This document shows, piece by piece, positions 57,306 through 64,000 of a stretch of 64,000 nt of DNA (positions within the stretch are counted from its first letter, which is position 1; every line of letters starts with the position of its first letter). This DNA comes from Parcubacteria group bacterium (GTDB lineage Bacteria > Patescibacteriota > Minisyncoccia > Moranbacterales > UBA11712), in NCBI GenBank assembly GCA_041659065.1, contig JBAZYY010000006.1:1551-65550 (forward strand). The letters are read 5' to 3'. The notes beneath the pieces were generated by a model. The model was not told where the DNA came from, made no database searches, and saw only the letters and a list, made by a program, of their open reading frames with translations. A program made the position numbers and the translations under genes.

Positions 57306-59267
57306 ATGAAAAAGATTAACAGTTTAGAAGCAAATATGGGTATTGATCAAAAAGGCGAAGAATCGGCGATTCCTTTTGCTGATTTTCAGCAGGACAATTC
57401 AGAGACGATTCAACGGATTTTATCTTGCAACGAAAATATTAAATCAATTACGGTCGAGTTGAAATATTTTAGTGGCAGGAAGAAAAAAATCGCAGAAAAC
57501 AGAATCAGCGAGTTTATAAAAGAAAGAAATACTGCACTCGATAATCTAATAGAAAAAATAACAGCAGCTGCTGGAAGCAGTATTATTCCCAGTGGTGAGG
57601 AAATACTTCTGGCAACAGAGACGGAAAAGGGCACGCCTGATAGTAAAAAAAAGAAAGAGCCGTCCAAGGAAGCAGCTATCACAGAGAAAAGATCCAAATT
57701 TTTCAAATTTTTGGATGAATATTTAAATATCAGTCCTTATTTTTGCGAACTTATAGAAGGCAGGTTGATCGAGAGAGCTCTCGAAAAGAAGATCGGGGAA
57801 GAAAAACTTGATAGGAGTAAGGCCTCTCTGGAAGTTTCGGATCAGCATCAAATTAAGCAAGCCAGAGAGAGGATAAGCAATCTTGATGAATCTGACAGCG
57901 AAGAGAATAGCTTTGATCCGGAAGAGGAAATACAAAGAATCATGCGTGAAATATTTGCAGCGGGAATGTTGTCCCCGCAGAACAAGCAAGATAAACTTTC
58001 TGAACTGAAAGAAAGACTTGCAACACAGAAGATTGGGATAGCAGAAATTAATCTCTATTTGGAAGAAAAAGCCACAAATAATAGCCAGATTGATCTGACT
58101 GCGCTGAAAAGTTTTTTTGAAGAAAAAACAGCTAAATACAAGTTGGCTCCTTTTCAGGTTGAAAGGCATAGATTGCTTTTTAGGGAAGTTGAGAAAAGAA
58201 TTACCCTAATGGACTACTACGGGAAACGATTTGAAAATTTATCCTCAAAAGATACATTTAAGGCGTTATTCGGATTCGAGCCTTTAGGAGAAACAGAGAT
58301 TGAAAGAAGAGGGTTATGTTTTTGCGTTTATTGCTCTAATCCTTCTGATTACACTAATATTTATGCCGGTAAGGCTCAAGGGGAGACGAAAGAAAGACTT
58401 AAAAAGACAGCTGATAGCACAGGAGGCTGCGCTAATGTGTACACTGTTTTACCAGAGCTACAAGGGGCGATTGTGGCAGTCAAAGGGAGCAAAGAAGACG
58501 ACTTCCGTGATGAGATAGCTATCCATGAAGAAAAGCATAGTCTAAATAATTTAGCCGAAATTGTTCAAAATCTCGATAAGCGTTGGTATTTACAAGAAAG
58601 AGAGTATCATCAGGCGGAGGACAATGAAAAGCTTCGGATGTTTTTCATCAATAAATCAAATTATTGCAATGAAAGAGCTAAGGATGAAGCTCTGGCGTAT
58701 TTAAAGTCGGGCGAACATCCGGTGGTTATCCTTAACCGGCTTGAGGAGAAAAAAGATGAAGGAGGTCTCTATGATTATTTCCGAGATGAAAACATTTATC
58801 CTATATTTCAGGAGTTGAAAGATATATATTCAAAGGAAAAGTTGGAGTCAATGCAAAATATTTTTTTTAAAAAATACAGGTCGGATGTAAAAGGGACAGT
58901 TGAATGTCTTCTTGGGCTTGATGACTTTGGATTCAGTCCGGAATTTGCCATTAGCATTTTTCAATCTGAAAAATTGGGAAATTGGCCGAAGGTTCTGAAA
59001 AGACTGAAACAAACAGCTGCATTCAGAAATATTTTAAAACCAACTTTGGAAAATAAGCTGGCCGAGATTAACAAGGGAATGACTGAGCTAGAAGATCGGC
59101 TTAAATTAATGAGAGGATCCGGTATATTTGCAAGAATCAGCGAATTATTTTACACCTATGATAAAGCTACAGCTGCTTCAATCCAGAATATTGAACAACA
59201 GCTAGCAGTCTTGAGAAGTAAGCGGGAATATCTTATTAAATCGCTTGGGCCTGAGACAAAAAAATAG
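57306..59267 (+). CDS. hypothetical soluble protein (653 aa) containing an HExxH motif
   Basis: No TM and coiled-coil rich. AIHEEKHSL is a candidate zinc-metallopeptidase motif. No other family signature recognised. Confidence 0.4.
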   Translation: MKKINSLEANMGIDQKGEESAIPFADFQQDNSETIQRILSCNENIKSITVELKYFSGRKKKIAENRISEFIKERNTALDNLIEKITAAAGSSIIPSGEEILLATETEKGTPDSKKKKEPSKEAAITEKRSKFFKFLDEYLNISPYFCELIEGRLIERALEKKIGEEKLDRSKASLEVSDQHQIKQARERISNLDESDSEENSFDPEEEIQRIMREIFAAGMLSPQNKQDKLSELKERLATQKIGIAEINLYLEEKATNNSQIDLTALKSFFEEKTAKYKLAPFQVERHRLLFREVEKRITLMDYYGKRFENLSSKDTFKALFGFEPLGETEIERRGLCFCVYCSNPSDYTNIYAGKAQGETKERLKKTADSTGGCANVYTVLPELQGAIVAVKGSKEDDFRDEIAIHEEKHSLNNLAEIVQNLDKRWYLQEREYHQAEDNEKLRMFFINKSNYCNERAKDEALAYLKSGEHPVVILNRLEEKKDEGGLYDYFRDENIYPIFQELKDIYSKEKLESMQNIFFKKYRSDVKGTVECLLGLDDFGFSPEFAISIFQSEKLGNWPKVLKRLKQTAAFRNILKPTLENKLAEINKGMTELEDRLKLMRGSGIFARISELFYTYDKATAASIQNIEQQLAVLRSKREYLIKSLGPETKK

Positions 59268-59275
59268 AACAAAGT

Positions 59276-59836
59276 ATGTTAAAGATCTTAAGAAGAAAAT
59301 TTTATAAAAATCCAACGTTAGAAGTTGCCCGAGATATCCTCGGTTGTTTTTTAGTCCGCGAGTATCGGGGGAAAATCATTCGTGCAATGATAACCGAAGT
59401 CGAAGTTTATATTGGAGAAGAAGATCTGGCTTGTCACGCCTCGCGTGGTCGGACTCCGCGAACTGAAGTGATGTATGGAGAGCCAGGACATGCCTATGTT
59501 TATATGATCTATGGGATGTATCATTGTCTTAATATAGTAACGGAGGAAAAAGATTTTCCGGCGGCGGTTCTCATCAGGGGAATATCACTTGGAAGTCCGA
59601 CTTCCAAGAGGAAGTCGGACTTCCTTGATTTGGACGGCCCGGGAAAGCTTTGTAAATTTTTTCAGATTGATCGAAAACTTAATAAATGGGATCTCACAAA
59701 AGGAAAAAAGCTTTGGGTTGAAGGACCCGCCCAAAATTCCGCCAAGCGAAATATTGTGGCGGGGAGGCGAATCGGGATTGACTACGCCAAGCATTGTCGG
59801 GAATATTTATGGCGATTCAGTACAGACATCGGATGA
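59276..59836 (+). CDS. mpg: DNA-3-methyladenine glycosylase (Mpg/AAG family)
   Basis: 186 aa. GPGKLC and the conserved Tyr/His-rich core (YGEPGHAYVYMIYGMYHCLN) of PF02245. Confidence 0.85.
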   Translation: MLKILRRKFYKNPTLEVARDILGCFLVREYRGKIIRAMITEVEVYIGEEDLACHASRGRTPRTEVMYGEPGHAYVYMIYGMYHCLNIVTEEKDFPAAVLIRGISLGSPTSKRKSDFLDLDGPGKLCKFFQIDRKLNKWDLTKGKKLWVEGPAQNSAKRNIVAGRRIGIDYAKHCREYLWRFSTDIG

Positions 59837-60107
59837 TTTGTCCCTGAATGATACAGGCACGTGCGTATCAAAATAAGTTGGATTAAAAAAAGCAACCTGA
59901 AAAACTCAGGCTTTTTTTGCGATCTTTTCGAGGCGAAAAGAATGAAAATTTCTAATTTTAGCGCAAAAAAGCCGTTTTTTTAGGCGAATTATCTGTGGCG
60001 CAAAAAAAGAGTAAAAAAGCAGTATTAGTTATTGTGGATATTTGGATTGGCAATGAAACGGATAAAATTTTAATTTCATTACTCCGATTAACAGTAAGCA
60101 TTAGATT

Positions 60108-61775
60108 ATGCCAGGGATAATCAGCCGCATGCGAAATATGGAATATAAATGGGTTGTTCTTTCAAACACGACCCTGGGAGTAGTTATGGCGGCAATTGAC
60201 GCGAGTATCGTGCTGATTGCTTTGCCTGCCATCTTTCGCGGCATTGGGGTCAATCCGCTTTTGCCGGAAGAATCAAATTATCTTTTGTGGACCATTATGG
60301 GGTATCTTTTGGTGACTTCCGTTCTTTTGGTCACCATCGGGCGTATCTCGGATATGTTCGGGCGCGTGCGCCTTTATAATCTTGGTTTTTTGATATTTGC
60401 CATCGGATCGACGCTGCTTTATCTGACTCAGGGACAGGGTAACTTCGCTGCTTTGCAGATCATTATCTTTCGCATGGTCCAAGCGGTCGGAGGGGCTTTT
60501 CTTTTTGCTAATTCATCAGCGATAATTACTGACGCATTTCCGGAGGAACAGAGGGGGCTGGCGTTGGGCATCAACCAGATGGCGTTTTTGGCCGGGCAGT
60601 TTATCGGCCTGGTGCTCGGTGGAGTCCTAGCAGCTATAAACTGGCGCTATGTCTTCCTGGTGAGTGTCCCTTTCTCGGTCGGGGGAACGATATGGGCTTA
60701 TATCTCTCTTCATGAAGTAGCGCGGAAAAGAGAAAAATCCAAGTTGGATATTCTTGGCAACCTTCTGTTCGCAGGGGGTCTTACGATACTCCTAATCGGT
60801 TTTATATACGGCATCCTGCCTTACGGAAATTCACCTATGGGATGGTCTAATCCAAAGGTAATCGCATCTATCGCATTTGGGCTGCTTCTACTCATTGTTT
60901 TTGTTTTTTTGGAGAGGAAACGGATCGCGCCGATGTTTAAGATGGAGCTCTTTCACATTCCGGTTTTTTGGGCCGGAAACGTCGCATCTTTCCTTTCCTC
61001 GCTTGCGAGAAGTGGTTTGCTGTTCATGCTGATTATATGGATGCAGGGAATTTGGCTGCCTCTGCACGGTTACAATTTTGCAGATACTCCCTTATGGGCC
61101 GGCATATTCATTTTACCTATGACGGCCGGGCTTCTGATAACGGGTCCTATCAGCGGCTATCTTTCTGATCGCTATGGAACCCGCTATTTTACCGTCGGAG
61201 GGATGCTAATTGCACTTCTGGGTTTTATCGGCTTGCTTTTCCTTCCCATAAATTTTTCGTATGGCACTTTTGCTCTGACGATTTTTGTTTTAGGTACCGG
61301 GATGGGGATTTTTTTCTCACCCAATACGGCTTCAATTATGAACTCGGTTCCGCCTGAGTACAGAGGAGTGGCGTCTGGGATGCGATCGACCTTTCTTAAT
61401 GTCTCCAATAGCATTGGCATTGTCCTGATTTTCGCGCTTATTACGATCGGGCTTTCTTCGAGTTTGCCTGGCACGCTCGACAAACAATTGATGGCGGAGG
61501 GTATTCCGGCTTCCACAGCCCTGTCCGTTTCCCATTTGCCGCCGACCAATGCTATTTTTGCCGCGTTCTTGGGTTATAACCCTCTGGGTTCGCTGATCCC
61601 GGCACCGGTTCTTGGAAATCTGTCCGCAGCTGCGAGAAATAATTTATTGAGCAATGAATTTTTTCCAAATCTTTTAGCTGGGCCTTTTCAAAGCGCGACA
61701 ACCTTGGTTTTCTCAATTTCAATTGCATTGTGCATTTTGGCGGCCATAGCCTCATTCATTATCCGGCGTGAATAA
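60108..61775 (+). CDS. MFS transporter, DHA2-like (14 TM)
   Basis: Motif A-like GRISDMFGRVRLY between TM2 and TM3. 555 aa with ~14 hydrophobic segments. Confidence 0.85.
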   Translation: MPGIISRMRNMEYKWVVLSNTTLGVVMAAIDASIVLIALPAIFRGIGVNPLLPEESNYLLWTIMGYLLVTSVLLVTIGRISDMFGRVRLYNLGFLIFAIGSTLLYLTQGQGNFAALQIIIFRMVQAVGGAFLFANSSAIITDAFPEEQRGLALGINQMAFLAGQFIGLVLGGVLAAINWRYVFLVSVPFSVGGTIWAYISLHEVARKREKSKLDILGNLLFAGGLTILLIGFIYGILPYGNSPMGWSNPKVIASIAFGLLLLIVFVFLERKRIAPMFKMELFHIPVFWAGNVASFLSSLARSGLLFMLIIWMQGIWLPLHGYNFADTPLWAGIFILPMTAGLLITGPISGYLSDRYGTRYFTVGGMLIALLGFIGLLFLPINFSYGTFALTIFVLGTGMGIFFSPNTASIMNSVPPEYRGVASGMRSTFLNVSNSIGIVLIFALITIGLSSSLPGTLDKQLMAEGIPASTALSVSHLPPTNAIFAAFLGYNPLGSLIPAPVLGNLSAAARNNLLSNEFFPNLLAGPFQSATTLVFSISIALCILAAIASFIIRRE

Positions 61776-61925
61776 AGCTTTGCGCGAATATTTGCGGCGA
61801 TTTTGCGTAGATTATCAGCTATATTTATGCTTATATAAGGCATAAAAAATCAATGTTTCATGGTTTTGCTGCGATATTGACAAAGCCTTTTTTGTATGCT
61901 ATTATTTATGGTTAAAAATTGAAAT

Positions 61926-62045
61926 TGCAAGGAAAGAGTTAAGCGTTATTTTTATTATCGGGGAATAGCGTTAGTTGAAATAAGAGCGGTTGGAAGATCT
62001 CTTTCCTTGCAAATTAAGAGAAAAATCTTCCGATCGCTCTTATTT
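61926..62045 (+). promoter_or_regulatory. structured leader with a 14-bp perfect stem and an alternative terminator-like stem upstream of a small secreted-protein gene
   Basis: ttgcaaggaaagag (61926-39) pairs perfectly with ctctttccttgcaa (61999-62012). The segment aagagcggttggaagatc just 5-prime of the second arm can instead pair with gatcttccgatcgctctt (62024-41), which is followed by atttttgc. Confidence 0.4.
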
Positions 62046-62304
62046 TTGCTAAAAAAATATTGTTTTGCTAAATTTAAAATTTTACGGGGAGAATGATGGA
62101 GGGGAGAAGCGACCAAGAGAAAGATATTAGGCTATTAGTTATTACTTTATACAGCCTTAAATATCGAACTCTTCAGAGCTCTTCTTCATCATTCTCTTCG
62201 CAAGAAGGGAAATGCTCTTTGAGAAAATTTAACTGTCGCAATGTTAAAATTATTTTTTAGTTTTCATTTTCAGGCAGTTAAATAAAAAATACAAAGGAAA
62301 AGCT

Positions 62305-62550
62305 ATGAGGAATCCTTTTGTCTGGGCACTGATTTTGGTCTCTGCCCTATGCGGAACCATGGAGTTTGCGACGTGGGCCCAAGCGCGGGATGTGGAATTT
62401 AAGCAGTTGGCCATTCCGGCAACTGCGAAAATCATTAGTGTCCCCGCTTGTAAGGGAGCGCCGGGATGGAGTATGATTCCCGTCAAAGAGGGCGGGGATA
62501 ACACTAAGAAGCTCAAGCTCACTGCCCCGAAAATCGAGGTCGGCAATTAG
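62305..62550 (+). CDS. small secreted protein (81 aa) with signal peptide
   Basis: SD aaaggaaaag. N-terminal MRNPFVWALILVSALCGTMEFATWAQA signal-like region. Confidence 0.45.
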   Translation: MRNPFVWALILVSALCGTMEFATWAQARDVEFKQLAIPATAKIISVPACKGAPGWSMIPVKEGGDNTKKLKLTAPKIEVGN

Positions 62551-62728
62551 GCGGACACTCGCCTCTCAGCGGGAATGGAGCTGGGCCGCAATCTGCTCAA
62601 ATAAATAGACATCGCGGATAATATTTGCGAATGCCTGGAGGCAGAGTCGTAGTCGACTCTGCCCCTCATCTGAATTTATTAATTGCAAGATTTGTAAATT
62701 CAGATGAGGGAACTTTATCTCGAGTAAT

Positions 62729-62758
62729 AAAACAACGGATTTAGATATCCGTTGTTTT
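62729..62758. terminator. bidirectional terminator between small secreted-protein gene and recG
   Basis: aacaacggatttagatatccgttgtt hairpin with flanking A and T runs. It is preceded by two further strong hairpins at ~62641-62662 and ~62664-62709. Confidence 0.6.
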
Positions 62759-62785
62759 CGTATCCAGAAAATATTCCTTAAAAGA

Positions 62786-64000
62786 CTATTCTAAATGGAC
62801 TTCTTTATCAAATTTATCTAAAATTTCTTTCAGCGCTGGGAATTTTTCGAGTTTTGGATCAAATTCGAATAAACTTTGGGCTTCAATGCGGGCTTGTTGA
62901 ATCAGTTTCACGTCATGCAAATATTGCATAGCGCTGTCCGGCCGGCCGGATTGGCGGACGCCGATGAATTGCCCCGGACCGCGAATTTCCAGATCCTTTT
63001 CCGCGAGCTTAAAGCCGTCTTCAGATTCAGTCAGAGCTTTCAATCTTTTATTAGTCGCGGCAGACGATGATCCAGTGAATAAAAAACAATGGGACTGGTA
63101 ATCAGATCTCCCGACCCGGCCGCGGAATTGATGAAGCTGGGACAGGCCGAAACGTTCCGAGCCCTCGATGACCATAATTGTCGCGTTGGGAACATCCACG
63201 CCCACTTCAATAACCGAAGTCGAAACTAAAATGTCATATTTTCTATTTTTAAAATCCCGCATAATTTCCTCTTTGTCCTTTGATTTCAGGTGGCCGTGAA
63301 GAAGTCCGATTTTGAGTTTCGGAAAAATATTTTTGGACAAATTTTCGTGTTCTTTGGTCGCGGCTTTTCCTTCTATTTTTTCAGATTCGTCGATGAGGGG
63401 GTAGATGAAAAAAGCCTGGCGCCCTGCGGCGATTTCTTGGCGAATTAAATCATAAACCTTCTTCTGGTTGTCTGGCGTAATGATCTCGGTAATAATTTTT
63501 TTCCGGCCCTGGGGCAATTCGTCTAGCAGGGAAATATCGAGATTTCCAAAAAACGCCAAGGCTAAAGTTCGAGGAATAGGCGTCGCAGTCATCGTGAGAA
63601 GATGCGGGACGGTATTTTTCAGCCCGTCTTTAATTACAGAAGCTTGTTTTTGCAGATGGGCGCGTTGCGCGACTCCGAAACGGTGCTGTTCGTCAATAAT
63701 AACCAGCGCCAGATTTTTAAACACTACGTCTTTTTGAATGAGGGCATGAGTGCCGATAAGGATTTTAATTTCTCCCCGGCGGATTTTCCCCAAAAAATTC
63801 TTGCGAGTATTCTTTTTCCAAAAAGTTCGGCTTTCGTTCGCCGTCAAAAGTCCCACTTTTTGTGAAAAACCTTTAAGCACTTTCCCGAATGTCTCAAAAT
63901 GCTGTTTAGCCAGCACTTCGGTTGGAGCGAGGATGGCCGTTTGATAGCCCGCCATCATTGCTTCAAGAGCCACAATGGCGGCCACGACTGTTTTCCCGGA
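62786..64000 (-). CDS. recG: ATP-dependent DNA helicase RecG, 3-prime portion (gene continues beyond window end)
   Basis: DEQHRFGV (DEAH-box), MTATPIPRTL and QLHQFRGRVGRS helicase motifs, with a short C-terminal tail. The frame stays open to position 64000, where the reverse complement encodes the GKT of Walker A. Confidence 0.8.
   Translation of the reverse strand, partial: SGKTVVAAIVALEAMMAGYQTAILAPTEVLAKQHFETFGKVLKGFSQKVGLLTANESRTFWKKNTRKNFLGKIRRGEIKILIGTHALIQKDVVFKNLALVIIDEQHRFGVAQRAHLQKQASVIKDGLKNTVPHLLTMTATPIPRTLALAFFGNLDISLLDELPQGRKKIITEIITPDNQKKVYDLIRQEIAAGRQAFFIYPLIDESEKIEGKAATKEHENLSKNIFPKLKIGLLHGHLKSKDKEEIMRDFKNRKYDILVSTSVIEVGVDVPNATIMVIEGSERFGLSQLHQFRGRVGRSDYQSHCFLFTGSSSAATNKRLKALTESEDGFKLAEKDLEIRGPGQFIGVRQSGRPDSAMQYLHDVKLIQQARIEAQSLFEFDPKLEKFPALKEILDKFDKEVHLE

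Overview
This 64-kb window reads as a gene-dense, low-GC chromosomal segment of a small-genome bacterium, with genes on both strands. Sigma70-type TTGACA-N17-TATAAT promoters and rho-independent terminators recur throughout. Four paralogous TrmB-type regulators, a Type IV pilus locus with no secretin, an orphan groEL and sparse biosynthesis (only purH and a LysA-like decarboxylase) are most consistent with a monoderm Candidate Phyla Radiation / Patescibacteria-like organism (inference). Confidently recognised housekeeping genes are trpS, secG, rnj, uvrA, groL, purH, tsaD, hup, mpg and recG (the last partial at the window end). There is a nucleotide-sugar cluster: an RHH-fused nucleotidyltransferase, manC, an epimerase and a phosphomannomutase. 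A two-component system (histidine kinase plus CheY-like regulator) is followed by a Type IV pilus operon: pilB, pilC, three minor pilins/pseudopilins including a PilX-like protein, pilM, pilN and pilO. On the minus strand a signal-transduction operon encodes a tandem-REC regulator, a FIST protein, a PF04392 binding protein and a Cache-type histidine kinase. Other recognisable genes are VanW, Hsp20, a PrsW-like membrane protease, an envelope glycosylation cluster (GT-C PMT-like transferase, esterase, GT4) and an MFS transporter. I called six tRNA genes, Leu-CAG, Arg-TCG, His-GTG, Lys-CTT, Arg-TCT and Glu-TTC, plus a truncated tRNA-Lys-like pseudogene. No CRISPR array, rRNA or obvious transposase/integrase was found. 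The most unusual content is a compositionally atypical operon of Cys/His/Trp-rich unknown proteins under a divergent TrmB regulator with a long structured leader. Also notable are a PLP-lysine to Met substitution in the LysA-like decarboxylase, a heptamer tandem-repeat insertion inside essential tsaD, a CIRCE-controlled monocistronic groEL, a duplicated tRNA-Glu 3-prime end resembling an att-site relic, a palindromic operator candidate on the uvrA promoter, and a multi-stem leader RNA in front of a small secreted protein. Coordinates for RNAs, motifs and ORFs absent from the supplied track were hand-derived and may be off by 1-2 nt.
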